Assembly (NCBI GenBank): GCA_050613775.1
Contig: JBODTK010000011.1
Location: 1,364,001 to 1,428,000 of the forward strand
DNA from: Neocallimastix sp. 'constans'
Taxonomy: Eukaryota
Direction of reading: 5' to 3'
DNA: 64,000 bases
Within the stretch, counting starts at the first letter, position 1. Each line of letters starts with the position of its first letter. This document shows, piece after piece, positions 1-15,452 of this stretch. The notes under the pieces were generated by a model that did not search any database, was not told where the DNA came from, and saw nothing but the letters and a program-made list of their open reading frames with translations. The translations under genes and the position numbers were made by a program.

Positions 1-403
1 TATATTTATATAACAAATTTATTTAGATATATGTATATACATTAATATTTAAGATAAATTTATAATATAAAGTTCTAATATATTCTAATATATTATATTA
101 TATATACTTTTATTATATCTTTCACAGTGGTTGCATATATTATAAATAATAAAAATATATAATTTACTTATATTTTAATATATTGAAATTATACAAATAA
201 ATATATATTAAATAAAAAATATATATAATAATAAAAATCATTTAAAAGTTTTTTTTTTTTTAAAAAAAAAGTTTTTTAAATAAAATAATAAAAAGAAAGT
301 GAGGTTGGAATTCAATCTGTTATTGTACTTGAATATTATATAATAAATAATAATTTCAAAAAAAAAAAAAAAAAAATTTATTTATATAATAGATAATTTT
401 TTC

Positions 404-442
<39 letters not shown>

Positions 443-908
443 GAAATAAATAAATCTTAATATATTCAATTATCATTTATAAATTTTTTTTTTTTTTTTA
501 GTAATCATAAAGTATTTATTAGTAATTAATTATTATAAAATTAATTGATAATAAATATAGTACAATTGTTTTTTTACATATAAATATTAACAGTAAAAGA
601 ATATAAATATGCACACAAATTTTAGTAATTGATTATTGCGTATTAAACAGATAATAAATAAATAAATAAAAATATAATATTTATTAAAATAAAATAATCA
701 AAATTTTTTATATATTTATTTATTTTAATGTAAATATAAATTTCATATAACGAAAGCATCTTAAATAAATAAATAAATAAAGAATAAAAAATAAAGAAGC
801 AAAACCAGTATAAATTTAAAAACTAATAATAAATAATATTATTAAATAATTGTAAAAAAAAAAAAAAAAAGAAGAAAAAAAAGAAAAAGACTTTTTTAAT
901 AACCGTAT

Positions 909-939
<31 letters not shown>

Positions 940-1184
940 TTTTTTTTAACTAAACAAAAAGAAATTTCAATAAATAAATCAAATTTATAGAAAAGAAAGA
1001 AAAATTTATATACTTTTGTATTTTTTTTTATTATTCCCTTCTAATAAATAAAGACATTTAAATCAATACAATAACAATATATATAATTTGTTAAAAATAT
1101 AATAGTATTCTTATTATAAATAATATAAATTTAATAAAATCATTGTAACCACAGACATATAAATTCATGAGTAAATAAAAGAAA

Positions 1185-3551
1185 ATGAGTAACAGATATA
1201 GAGATAGAGATCAATACGAAAGAAGTCGTCCACAATACAATAAACTTCGTGATAACTCATATAGATCACAACATACTCATAATGACTATTATAGAAGTCC
1301 AACATCGTCATCTGCACGTGGAGGTGGTTATCGTAACCAGGATAAAGGATATTCAAGTAATTATAACCAACGTTCGAACTATAATAGTGACTCAAAATAT
1401 AATAATGGTTATTCCAGTAATTATAACAAAGATTATAATAATGGTTATTCCAGTAATTATGACAAAGATTATAATAATGGTTATTCCAGTAATTATGACA
1501 AAGATTATAATAATGGTTATTCCAGTAATTATGACAAAGATTATAATAATGGTTATTCCAGTAATTACAACAAAGATTATAAAAATGGTTATTCCAGTAA
1601 TTATGACAAAGATTATAATAATGGTTATTCCAGTAATTACAACAAAGATTATAATAATGGTTATGCCAGTAATTATGACAAAGATTATAATAATGGTTAT
1701 GCCAGTAATAATAACAAAGATTATAATAATGGTTATTCCAATAATTATAACAAAGATTATAACAAAGGTTATAACGATGATTATGGTAATTATGATGATG
1801 TTGTCGCTAGTTATGCCAATGGTAGTACACAGGGAATAGTAAATCCATCATTAGCTGGAACTAAACCATTAAGTGCTGGTCAAACACCAAAAAGTGAAAA
1901 AGTACGTAGTGTATTTTTAAATCCAAAAGTACGACAACAGTTAGAAGATAATTCAAAAAAATATACTCCATATTTCATATATTTTGTAACAGGTATTCAA
2001 GTTATTGTTTTACTTGTTTCCTATATATTAAACTATAAAAATACGAGTTCGGTAATTGCAGATTTACATGAAAATTTCTTTATTGGACCAGACACAGGTG
2101 TAAGTAAAAAAAAAAATTCATTTATATTTGATTTGAAATTTGAAATATTATTTATGTTCATATATAATAAATAATTTTTTATGTAAAATATATATATATA
2201 TATATTTAAATTATTAAAATATATTTTAATATTAATATTATTTTATAATTTTAAAAATATTATATAAATATGAATAAAATAAATATAAATGATTTATATA
2301 TTTATAAAATAAAATTTAGACATTGATTACAATGGGTGCTAGATATATTCCGTGTATGAAAGACTCTGAATTTAGTGGTGAATGTCCTTATGGTATCAGG
2401 GGTACTGTTTCTCCAACAACAATTCCGGTTAAGGAGTCTGGTAAAGTTGATGAAAATGGTAAAGATCAAGGTAAAATTGGTACACTTTTAAAGGGTGCAT
2501 ATTATTGTAGTCAAAATGATATTTGTGGTTTTGGTGGAATGAAAAATCAATGGTTCCGTTTTATAACAGCTATATTTGTTCATAGTGGTATAGCTCACAT
2601 TGCTTTTAATTTAATATTCCAAATTCGAACAGGACTTTCACTAGAACGAGATTTTGGTACATGGAGAATAGCCATTATTTATATGGCAAGTGGTATTTTT
2701 GGTTTTATATTTGAAGCCAAATCCTTAGGAAATATCCCAACCGTTGGTTGTTCTGGTGCACTTTATGGTAAATTAAAATATATATATATTTTTTTTTATA
2801 AAAAAATTTTATTACAATTATAATTATTAAAATATATATATATATATATTTATTAATATAAAACATATCTTTTTTTTATTTTATTATTATTATTATTTTT
2901 TTTTGAAATTTATATTTAATCAATACATCATTAAAAATTATATATTTTTTTTCAATTTATTTTTCATAATATAATTTAATAATCAAATAAATAAATCAAA
3001 AAAAAAAAAAATTATATAAATTAATAATCAATTAAACAAACAAACAAACAAACAAACAAAAAAAAAAAAAAAAAAAAAAAAAAATTATATAAATTAAATA
3101 ATAATTATATTTATTTAAACATATTTTAAACATATATTCTTAAATAATAACAATAACAATAACAATAATAATAATTACAATAGGTTTATTGGCATGCATT
3201 TTACTTGATTTAATTCAAAATTGGAAATTGGTTGTTCACCCAATAAGGGATTTAATTAAATTAATAGTGATTATTATTTTATCATTTAGTATTGGTTTTC
3301 TTCCCTATTTTGATAACTTTGCACACATTGGAGGTTTTATTATGGGTTTTCTTACAGGATTGATTTTCCTTCCAAGTATTGCTTTCAGTGAAAATGGTGG
3401 TAGAATTAAGAAAATACTACAATTTGTTGCTATTGTAGTCAGCGTCTTTTTATTTTTTTGGGAAATAAAAAGCTTCTATAATAATGAAGATGGTTGTGAA
3501 TGGTGTAAAAATCTCAATTGTGCTCCATTTATTGATAAATGTAAAAATTAA
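1185..3551 (+). CDS. Rhomboid intramembrane serine protease (peptidase S54), 3 exons, ~576 aa, with N/Y/G/S-rich repetitive N-terminus
   Basis: Exons 1185-2099, 2320-2767, 3184-3551 join in frame via GT..AG introns (GTAAGT at 2100, TTTAG ending 2319; GTAAAT at 2768, TAG ending 3183). Rhomboid motifs QWFRFITAIFVH, HIAFN, catalytic GCSG and DNFAHIGG. Confidence 0.93.
1398..1757 (+). repeat. Coding minisatellite, 10 x 36 bp, encoding (YNNGYSSNY[N/D]KD)n
   Basis: Unit TATAATAATGGTTATTCCAGTAATTAT[A/G]ACAAAGAT repeated 10 times in exon 1 of rhomboid 1. Confidence 0.95.
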
Positions 3552-3811
3552 ATGGAATAATAATAATAATAATAACAATGATTAATTAATTAAAAACAAT
3601 AATAAAAAAAATACTAAAGAAAAAAAAAACATAAAAAACACAAAAAACACACACAAAAAAAAAATATATATATATATATATACATTCATAACGCTTAAAC
3701 TTTTTTTTTTTTTTTATGTAAATTTTACCATCAACAGTAAATAAATAAATAAATAAATAAATAAGTAAATAAATAAAAATAAAAATAAAAATAAAATTTA
3801 GAATTAATATC

Positions 3812-3844
<33 letters not shown>

Positions 3845-3960
3845 TATTATTATTATAGCATATCCATTAGTTTTAATTATCAAAAAAAAAAAAAAAAAAA
3901 AAAATACCAAAATTAAAAAAGAAAAAAAAAAAAAATAATAATAATATATGAAAAATAAAA

Positions 3961-4000
<40 letters not shown>

Positions 4001-4382
4001 CAAAATTAAAAAAGAAAAAAAAAAAAAATAATAATATATGAAAAATAAAAATAAAAAAAAAAAAAAAAAAAAAAAAAATAAAGAAATAATAATAGTAAAA
4101 TTAATAAATATAAGAAACATTAAACTCTTAATCTATTTAGTTATAATTTTTCTTTTTTTTTTTTTTTTTTTTTTTTTATTTTTTTTATTTTTTTTTTTAT
4201 TTTTTTATTTATTTATTTTTTTTATATATTTATTAAATATAAATATAAATAGTTATTATTAAGTGTTAGGAAAATACCTATATTTATATTTATATTTATA
4301 TTTATTTTTATTTTATATATATTTTTTTAGTATGAATAGTAATATAGTAAATTATTTATCGAAATAGAAATGATGATGATAG

Positions 4383-4417
<35 letters not shown>

Positions 4418-5331
4418 AAAAATATTGTTTGTGTGGAGGAAATGATGCCAATAAAAAGAAAAAAAAAATTTTTTTTTTTTCATTTTATTTAATATATTCA
4501 TTAATTAATATCATGGATGAACATGGATTCATGGATTAATAAAATTAACATCATGGATTTAATATATAATTAATTATTAACAACATTGGAAATATTTATT
4601 AATATTAATAGATTAAAATAATATATATTTATTATTTATTTTTATTATATTAAACATTTTAAATATTTTAAAAAAAAAAATTTTTTTTTTTTATTATTTG
4701 GTATAGATAATAATTAATTTATACATAGTGATTAAATAATAATTAATATATATATAATAATTTATACATAATCATGATTAATATATATGATTAATATTTT
4801 AGTTAAATTTATAAATAATTAACTATTATATATAAATTAATATGTATTACATATTTATATATTACATATTAATATAATATATTATATATAATATTAATAT
4901 ATATAGGTTTGTGTGTGTGTGTGTAACTTCTGTTTTAAAATTTCGTTTTTTCTTTTAAATAATACTAAAATGAAAAAAAAAAAATGAAAATGTGAGACTT
5001 TAAATTTTTAATTTATTGGTTATAGTTAAATTAATATTAAAATACATTTTATTGTGAAATGGAATAAAAATAAAATTCATAAATAAATAAATGGATGGAT
5101 ATATAGATAGTTAATAAATAAATAAATTAAAATAAATAAATAATAAATAATAAATAAATAAATTTTATAATTAATAATTATAATAAAAAGGTTTTCATAA
5201 AATCATTTAATTTTTTTTTATTAAATTTGAGACATATTTCAATATTAAAGTAATATTAAAAAAAAGCCTTAATTGCCTATAAACAAATCAATATCAATTA
5301 ATATATAATTAAAAAAATAAATGGTAAAAAA

Positions 5332-5362
<31 letters not shown>

Positions 5363-5585
5363 ATATATAATAAATACAATATAATAAATTTTAATTTAAA
5401 TAATTTATATTTTATTATTTATTATACTTTTCTATATGCAATTAATGTAAAATATAAAATATATAAATATTTTATATTAAATTTCAAAAATTGTTACATT
5501 CATTATGACTAAAGTTGTTCATGACATTATTATTATGATTTACTTGTATCACTTTCATTGTTATTAGTTCTATTAATTATTTAAA

Positions 5586-5587
<2 letters not shown>

Positions 5588-5649
<62 letters not shown>

Positions 5650-5778
5650 TATTATTATTATTATTATTATTATTTATTATTATTTATTATTATTATTATT
5701 ATTTATTATTATTTATTATTATTATTATTATTTATTATTATTTATTATTTATTATTATTATTATTATTATTTATTATT

Positions 5779-5845
<67 letters not shown>
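5588..5845. repeat. (ATT)n microsatellite with ATTT interruptions
   Basis: Directly visible trinucleotide run. Confidence 0.9.
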
Positions 5846-5847
<2 letters not shown>

Positions 5848-7229
5848 AAATATATATATAATGTTTCTTTTTTTTATTTTATTTATTTATTTTAATAAAT
5901 TATAATTATTTAAATTAATAATGTGATATATAATGAAACTTAAATAGAAATATTTGCAAAGTAAAACTTGGTTTAAAAGTTTTAATAAATAATAAAATTT
6001 AATATTATATAAAAAAATAAAAAAATGTTCTTATATTAACATTTAGCATTGCCTAAATCTTAAAAATTTTTTTATCTATATATTTATAAATAAGGAAATA
6101 AAAATCATCTGACATTATACATTAATATATTGAAGTTCAACGTAAATATATGTACATAATTTTTTTTAAAGTAAATAGTTCAACACAAATAACAGTGAAT
6201 TTTATTATTAATCATGAATTATTTATTATAAATAATAAATAATAAATAAATAATAAATAATAAATAATAAAAAGAGGTATTTATTATTAAATAATATATA
6301 ATAAATAATAAATATCTTTTTTTTTTTTTTTTTTTTTAACTTTAAATCTAAAATTTTATTTCTATTTTCCCTTTAATGAAAGAACTTTATAATTTTGTTT
6401 TTGTAGACTAGAATTAATGAGAGGGAAGGTCCAGTATCTCCCTTAAACATATCAGATTCTCATTGGATTCTTTGTAAGAAAGGCTAATATGAAAGACATT
6501 CCCTATATACTACTTTATAAGACGGGCTTCTTTTTTAGTGATCTCTTGAACCATTTATCAAAGGAGGAACGACTATACTAATCCTCTCAGAGATCAAGTC
6601 CTCTCTGCACTAGCAAATTATAAAGTCTAGCAACAAGAATACTTACCATGGTGAGGGAATGCCAACTTTATATAAATAGAGAAAAATACCCTAGGAGGAT
6701 GAAAATTGCCCCATATAAATTCAGAAAGTAATCGTGTGATGGATCAAGAAATCTTATATGTGTTTAGTTCCGAGTACAAACCACCAGGATAAAAACTTGA
6801 AATATATAAATATATATATATATATATTTTTTTTTTGTTAAAGGACAAAAATATAAAAATAAAAATTAATAGTAAAACTTATCATAAAGCAAAAAATAAC
6901 AATTTTTTTTTTTTTTTTAACAATTTAAGAGTGAAAATTGTTTTATAAAAACCACTTTATAAATGTTTTTAATAAAATTTATTTTATTTATCGTTAATAT
7001 TAGAATTTTGAACATTTTTTGAATTAATTTATAATTCTAAATTTAGATTATTTTTTTTTTTTTTGATGTTGAACTTTAATTAATATTAAAAATAAATAAA
7101 ATGGAAACAAAATAAATATTAAAAAAAAAAAAAAATTGGTTAAAATTTTAAAGAAGAATAAAAAAAGTTCATTAAATATTTTAATGAAATTTTATTCATA
7201 TATAATTTACTCTTAAATATTTTATATAT

Positions 7230-7460
7230 TGAATATTTTTTTTTCTTGTCTTCATTTCCTTTTTTTACATGCATTAAATAATGAAGGTTTTCCATAATTT
7301 TTTTTTCCATTTTATTTATATCAGCTTCATATTTAACTAAATATTTTTTTAATCAACATCATATAAATTAAAATAATGGAATTTCATTATCCATGTTCAG
7401 CTAAATAGGTGTTAAATTATTACCACTGTTTCCATCTTTATTTATATCTACTCCGTGGTT
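7230..7460 (-). pseudogene. Decayed ankyrin-repeat gene fragment
   Basis: Reverse strand translates across frameshifts to NHGVDINKDGNSG, YLAEHG and KYLVKYEADINK..NYGKPSLFNACKK/GNE, which match the ankyrin consensus also seen in the 23788 gene. Confidence 0.65.
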
Positions 7461-7992
7461 AAACAAAAAAAAATAAAAAAATTTTTTTTTAATTTATCAA
7501 TATTTATGTTATCTTTATCGAATACGTCAATTAAATATTTATTTATTGGTTGAGATTTTTATATTTTTCAAAATTTTGGTTTAAATCTGGAAGAGACGTC
7601 ACTTTTTATTTTATTTTATTTTATTTTTTTAATGAAGTAATAAATTATATATATAAATTCAATTATTATAAAATTTCAAATTATCAAAAAAAATAATATA
7701 ATAATAAAGTAAATGTATTCTTTTTCATCCTTAACTAATTTTTCTGTAATTGGTGATATATCAAAATTAGATTTAGATTAGTTTTGATACCTTTCCATTA
7801 AAAATTGAAGACAATTACAATTAGAAATGTTAGTTTTAAGTATTTTATGTCTTTTTTTTTGAATTGCTATTATTTTTTACAAATCTTTTTACTTCATTGA
7901 CATCTTTATTATTTATAGTTGATATAGTTGAATTAATATTTTTATGTTAATGATAGCTTTTATTTATTTATTATTAATATTATTATTAATTA

Positions 7993-8030
<38 letters not shown>

Positions 8031-8095
8031 TAAGCTCATTTTTAATGTTTTTATATTTATTGTTTATTTTTTTATTAATTATTATTATTTTTATA

Positions 8096-8131
<36 letters not shown>

Positions 8132-8386
8132 TTTAATTATCATTATTATTAATTATTTACATTTTTATTTTTTTATTTTTTTTATATATTTTGTTTTTAA
8201 AATATTATATAAATAATTATTATTTTATTATTATACACAATATATTATGATAGATCGATAGAAATATATCATTATATCTCATTATATTATATAGTATTAA
8301 GAACATTAATTATTTCGAATGTTTATTTAGGGAAGAAAAATAACAATAAATAGAATATTATAAAAATAATGTTATATTTTTGAACT

Positions 8387-8417
<31 letters not shown>

Positions 8418-8577
8418 ATTATTATTATTTTTATTAATTTTATTAAATATGAATTAAATAATTATTTATATCATCATTTTCATTAAGATAAAAGGAGGTA
8501 TGGTGAAAAGAAATATTCTTCAGCTCTCATGATGGAAGGTATTAGGGTCATCTTTAAAGATAATAATAATAATATAG

Positions 8578-8615
<38 letters not shown>

Positions 8616-8721
8616 TAATAATAATAATTTAAATATCTATTAATATATATATATATATATATATTTTATAATTATCATGATCAATAATTTTAATAATAAT
8701 AACAATAATAATAATAATATA

Positions 8722-8766
<45 letters not shown>

Positions 8767-8992
8767 ATTATTATTATTCTATTTCTTATCTTTTAAAAAT
8801 TAGAATTTACTGTTGTTAGTTAATTCAATCCTTCTTTACAACTGCCATATATATATATATTTTTTATTTCCCTTTATTGTCCAATCTTAGAAGATACTCA
8901 GAAATGTACAAATCATCTACTCAGTACTACTAAGATAATAATAATAAAAAAAAAAAAAATTAAAATATATATGTATATATTATATAATAATA

Positions 8993-9027
<35 letters not shown>

Positions 9028-11479
9028 AAGAATATATATTCCACATTATATTATATATTTACATTTATTAACCTTTTTTTTTTTTTTAACATTATTATTA
9101 TTATAATTAAATAAAATAAAAGAAAATATATATATATATTTAATCCATGATTAAAAAACACGAATTATGAAGAAATTATGAAACCCTATATTATCTCTAA
9201 TATAATTCTTCAATTTCCAAAATATATTTCGGAATGAAAATATGAATAATTTACTGATGACTAGTTCCATCAATGATTAAATGGAGTATGGTTAGTTTAT
9301 TTACTAATTCAGATATAAATATAGAATTACAAAATAAAAAAAAAAATGATAATGTTCTTCATTTATTCTCTTACTCAAAAGGGGTGACATGGGCAACTAA
9401 AACTATTTTGTCAAAGTTTATATGGAATTTTTATAATTTTACTTTATTTGATATGATAAAAAATATGAAAAATACCAATTCATTTCCTTTTGAAATTAAC
9501 CAATTTAAATATTATATTATCATTGTAATAACTATGAAGCTAAAGGATCAAAATTAGAAAGATATAAATCTTTCTAATAAGAAAATGAAGGAAAATAAAA
9601 TTAAAAAAAAAAAAAAATAGAAATAGATGAAATAACTCACCGATGAAAATTATATAATGAAAACGATTTTAATACTAAGGATAATAGAATTGATGATTAT
9701 GATTATGATTATGATTATGATAATAACACATATGAAATGATAATTATTCATTCATTTTCTTTTGAAAATCTATAAATCAAAACATTTCATATTTCAATAA
9801 AAAAAATATATATATATATTTATTCTGTAACAATTTTTTAATAGGTAATTTACAAACATTACTAACCATTAAGAGATGGATGGCATGTTTGTAAAAAAAA
9901 AAAAAAAAAAAAAAATGACAAATATATATATAGATATATTTTTATGATATGACTATATCTGAAATCAATAATAATAATAAAATTCATTGGAAATTTGTGA
10001 TATATATATATATATTTTGTTTTTGTTTTTGTTTTTATTATATTTTGATGATAGTTGATATTGATGGTGTGGAAGCAACTCTAAATGAAATGTAATAATT
10101 TTTAAGTTTTTCTTCTGTAATAATTATTAAAAACTTGTAATATTTTGTTCAAATGATTAATAGCAATATGATCGTCTTATTTAGAATCAAAAAATAAAAA
10201 ATAAACATGCTTGATCTAAAATATTTAAGAAAATTAGTTGAAAATGATTTCAAATCCCACACAAAATTATTGAATATATATATATTTTTTAAAGCTATCA
10301 AAGTTTCTATATTTCACCCTATCAATTTATTAAAAGTCTTTTTTATTTTAAAAAATATGTTGTTAGTTCAAAATCAAATAGGCTAATTAAATTTCTCCTA
10401 TTACTGACTGAAGAAGTAGGTGAATTAATTTCAAGAATATATCTTCTAATTATTCATAAAAGGTATTTTATTTGATATTACCAATTGATCATTTTATTAC
10501 ATTACCTTACATATATATATATGAAATATGAAAAAAAAATTTTTTTTTTGTAAACTCAATCCATAGATATTTCTTTTTAAAATGGAATCAACAAAAAAAA
10601 TTTCAAAAAAATTATTTTCTCCTTTTTTTTTTGGGGGAGTCTTCCTTCTCCAAGTAATAATAATAATATTGAAAAGGCAAAAAAAAAAAAACACTTTTAA
10701 AGGATGGTTATCATGGAATAATTCTCCATGGTAATAAATAAGTGTTTTTTTTTGTGAATTTACTTTATTAAGAGAAAGAATCTTTACTCAAAAAAAAAAA
10801 AAAATAAAGTCAAGCCCTTAAAAAAAGAAAGAAATCTTTACTTAAAAAAAAAAATAAAATAAAAAAATTAAACCAAGCCTTTAGATAAAGATCAACTAAT
10901 CAAAAAAAAAAGTACTCCCATCTTGCCATTAAGGATGAAGGTGAAAATCTCTTTTCTGAATAAGGGTCATTGAATAGTGCTCGTTTTGCTTATTCTTCTG
11001 ATAATCATTATAATTTTTGTGTGTGTATGACCCAATATTTAAATATGTTTAAAAAAAATAAAATAAAATAAAAAAAAAAAAAAACATCTTTATTAAAACA
11101 GATTCTGTGGGTCAATTACAATTCTGAAAAAAAAAGTTTCTGAACGAAATATTATAAGGTTTGATGAAGAAGAAGAATTATTTACCACCTTTTCATAATA
11201 ATTTTTAAACTTAGAAAAAAGAAATACAAATTTGAAATTAAATAATAATAAGATATTAATAGTTCTTTAAAAGAAATTAAAGAGGGACACAATCTCATGA
11301 TTCTCACTATAAATATTATAAAAAATATTACTATTTTAAAAATTATTGAAAGTATTAAGGATAATTACAAAAAACATAATTAATAAAAAAAATATTATAA
11401 TTCTTATTATATATAGAAAATATGAAATAAACTTTTTAACGAACAAAAAAAAAAAAAAAATTTTTTTTTAAAGAAAAAT

Positions 11480-12570
11480 TTCAATCTCTGGAGATGTTTA
11501 CCAATTATAAATATATATTGTATATTTAAAAAAGGATATATCATATCAATCGACGAACTTCGATGATTATATATAAATAGAAGAAATAATGAAAGTGAAA
11601 ATGAAAATCAAGATTATAGTAATTGGACGAATGAACGTTATATGGATTTATACAATGAATACACCAATATTGATTTATATTATCTATTTTCAAATAAAAG
11701 TTCAAGAAAAAGATAATACAATATGAAAAGATATGTCTATTTAGATATTAGAGTTCATTATTCATTATATTTTCCATGAATTACATAGAAAAAGAATTAA
11801 ATTCTCATGAAAGACAAAGTAAATCATTGGTATATATTTTCTATCATTTGAATCCTTCGCTTTCCTTAAACGAAACTGAAAAAAAAAATATGATCCTATC
11901 GGTGGTGATTTGTTGAATATTTTCCTAAATATATTAATTTTATGATTCTGGATGCCTTTCCTGAATAAACATTACATTCCAATATTGTTCGTCGTTCCGA
12001 AAGCGTTGATGAAATATCATCGATAGAATGGTCGATAGTTACATTACACTAGATTACTTAACATTGTAAAGAGACATTATCAAACGATTCGCCATACAAT
12101 GATAAAACTACTAAATTCTGTACTTATTTGGCAATGGCAAGATCTTTATTCCATAATGAGCGTCATGTTCACTATTTTAATAGTTGTATCGATATATTTC
12201 CTTCACTGAAGTATAAAGTGTTTTACATTGGAGAATAAATATTTACTACTGGATAAATTCATTAAAAATTTAAATATAAAAATTGTATGTAAATGTAAAA
12301 TCTAGTTCTTATTTTCGGGGATATGAGGCCATGCAAACCTTAAGTAAGAGTTCCTACTATGATAAAAACCTTCAAATTCCCATCAACGCCGAAAGCGATA
12401 AGTCTCAAAATCCATATGTCACATGATTAAGGCTATTTTTGTCCATTTTGAAAGGCCTGAATCAAAAGATGTAGGCTTTGTAAGATATTTTGGATTATCT
12501 GTGTGAAGTAGCGCCAGATTTTTCTATTCATGAAAAAATTTTAGAACCTTTCTTGCCCAAGTATAATAAA
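11480..12570 (+). pseudogene. Decayed coding sequence of unknown identity (gene or transposon relic)
   Basis: Complex, more GC-rich sequence with short interrupted frames, e.g. HCKETLSNDSPYNDKTTKFCTYLAMARSLFHNERHVHYFNSCIDIFPSLKYKVFYIGE*. No motif recognised. Confidence 0.35.
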
Positions 12571-12677
12571 ATATAGGATACTATAATTAAAGATAAAAAA
12601 AAAAAAAAAAAAAAAAAGATGATGATAATAGTAATAGTAACTCAGAAAATAGAGATATTAGAAAGAGTATCCTTTTT

Positions 12678-12733
<56 letters not shown>

Positions 12734-13479
12734 TATCACTTTAAAAAAAAAAATGTAGAATAAAAAGAAAAATATTAAGAAATAAAATACAAATTACGAC
12801 AAACAATTTTATTGGTTAATTTCTTTTATAATTATTTTGTATTATAAAATTTTACTGAAATATTACTTATTAACATTTATATATATATTGATTTTCAATA
12901 ATATATATATATATTATTATATTTTTATGTATTCTAATTTACAATTATTAAATAAAAAAAAAAAGTTTCTTTAATAAAAGCACTTTAAGCTCAAAATTAT
13001 CCTATTACAATAAAAAAAATGAAAATGAAATAATAATTATTTTAAGTATTATATATATATATATTAAAATTGAATTATGAATGAATCCATAGTATCGTCT
13101 TTATAACTAATTTTTCACAAACTTTACCCATCTAAAATATTCATTATATAAAATTGTTAATAATTATTATAATTCAATAATTATAATTCAATACCTAATA
13201 ATAATACAGTATTGTCAAAGGGAATAATAATGAAAATGATAATTAAATAATCCTATTTATTTATATTAATTAATTTATATTTGATATCTTAATTATATAA
13301 CATTCATCATTGAATTAAAAACAAATTATAGTAAAAGTTAAAATTTTTTTTTTTTTAGACAAGGAATATAAAAAAGGTTAATAAAAAAAAAATATAATTT
13401 TTTATAATCACAAAGCAATTATACAAGGTCTTTTTTTTTTTAAAAAAACAAAAAATAATTAATAATAATAATAAATAAT

Positions 13480-13755
13480 AAATATTTGAATAATTGAATA
13501 ATTGAATAATAAATAATAAATAATAAATAATAAATAATAATTGAATAATAATAAATAATAAATAATAAATAATAAATAATAAATAATTAAATAATGAATA
13601 ATTAAATAATTAATAACAAATATTAAATAAATAATAAATAATAAATAATAAATAATAAATAATGGAATAATAAATAATAAATAATAAATAATAAATAATA
13701 AATAATAATAAAAGGAGTATTTATTAATAAATAATAAAGATAATAAATAAATAAT
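13480..13755. repeat. (AATAAAT)n satellite with TTGAAT/GGAAT variants; same family as 6228-6310 and 49860-50660
   Basis: 7-bp unit plus an embedded AAA(G)GAG(G)TATTTATT motif shared by the three loci. Confidence 0.75.
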
Positions 13756-15398
13756 ATCAACATTATTTTAGGAAAAAAAATAAAAATATTTGTTTCATAG
13801 GATAATTTTTTTTTTAATTGTTGTCATTTGTGTCATATTATATTACTTTTTTTATTTTTTTTGAAAGGGCTAATTTTTTTTTTTTTTTTGGTGTCATCTA
13901 AAATAAAATAAAATTTTTCTTCTTAATCAATCAATTTAATATTTTGCCCATTTTTTTAATTTTTTTAATTTTTTTTTTAATTTTTAAAATTTATTTTATT
14001 ATATACAATATATAAGTATTTATATTAAAACGGATGAATTGAATTAAAATAATATATTAATTTACCTTTTTTTTTTTTTTAAATTTTTATTTATTTATTT
14101 ATTTATTTATTTGTCATATTTATGATTGTCAAATCAAATAGAAATAAAATAAAATAAATAAAATAAATATATATAAATAATGGATAAATAAATAAATAAA
14201 TAAATAAAAATTATATATCTATATTAAAAAAAAAATAAAATAAAGAAATATATATAAGAATCTAAAACAAAAAAATATATAAAATATAAAAAAAGTAAAA
14301 TAAAATAAAATAGAATAAAATAAATATAATAAAATATATAAAAAAAACTAGTCCATTTCTCTAAAATAAATATATATAATATATAATAATTATATAAAAT
14401 AAATATATAATAAATATAAATATAAAATAAATATATTATAGTATAAATTTTATATTAACATAAAATAAATATATTATATGTATAAATTTTATATTAACAT
14501 AAAATAAATATATTATATGTATAAATTTTATATAAACATAAAATATATAATATATATTGTAATATAAAATATATACTTAATACATTATGTCATTCAAATA
14601 ATACAAATTAAAATATATTAAAATACATTTAATTATTGTTATTTTAAATTAAATTTTTTTTTTATCAAAATAAATTTTATCAAATTTTCGTAATTGTTAA
14701 AAAAGAAAATTTTTTTTTATATTCCGTTTATATATATATATATTTTTTTAAAATAAAAAAAAAAAATAGAATTAAAAAGGATGTATTTTAATAGATATAA
14801 CTTTTTTTTTATTTATTTTAATTCATTTATTCTTTGAATAGTTAACTATTAAAATAAAAAATTTAAACCAAAAAGAAGGATAGTCTCTATTGATTCCATT
14901 ATATTTTTTTATATTTTTATCTAATTATTTATTTATTTATGTAAAAATAATAGTAATAAATAAAAAAAAATAAAATAAAATAAAAAAAAGGGAAGAAAAT
15001 AAAAAAAAAAAATTATTTTTGACATAAATCAAGATCCGTGAAACATGAATTTATGGTAATTTTTTTTTTTTTTTTTTTTTTTGTTATATATTTTTTTAAT
15101 TAATTTTTATGGATAAAAAAAATTTTTTTTTTTTTTTTTTTATTATTTTTTTTATATATATTTAAATTAAATTTTGAACTTTTTATAGGCTAATCATGAT
15201 ATAATAAGAATTGAATATATTAAATTTATATAATTAATTTTATATTATATTTTATTTAATTTAATTTTTTTTTATTACATTTTATTATATTTCATATTTT
15301 TATTATAATAATAAAAATCTGGCAAATTTTTTTTTTTTTTCTCTAAAAAAAAATAAAATTTTAGAAAAAAGAATATTTCAATAAATAAATAAATAAAA

Positions 15399-15452
<54 letters not shown>

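Noticed and set aside
1165..1839. Alternative-frame and antisense ORFs over coding repeats (also 30717-31178, 52138-52626, 21282-21575, 63666-63980)
   Set aside because: Shadows of stop-free tandem repeats within real genes.
3731..4262. ORFs rich in F/K (also 15275-15493, 19111-19449, 51446-51643, 56387-56590)
   Set aside because: Translations of A/T homopolymers and TTTA microsatellites.
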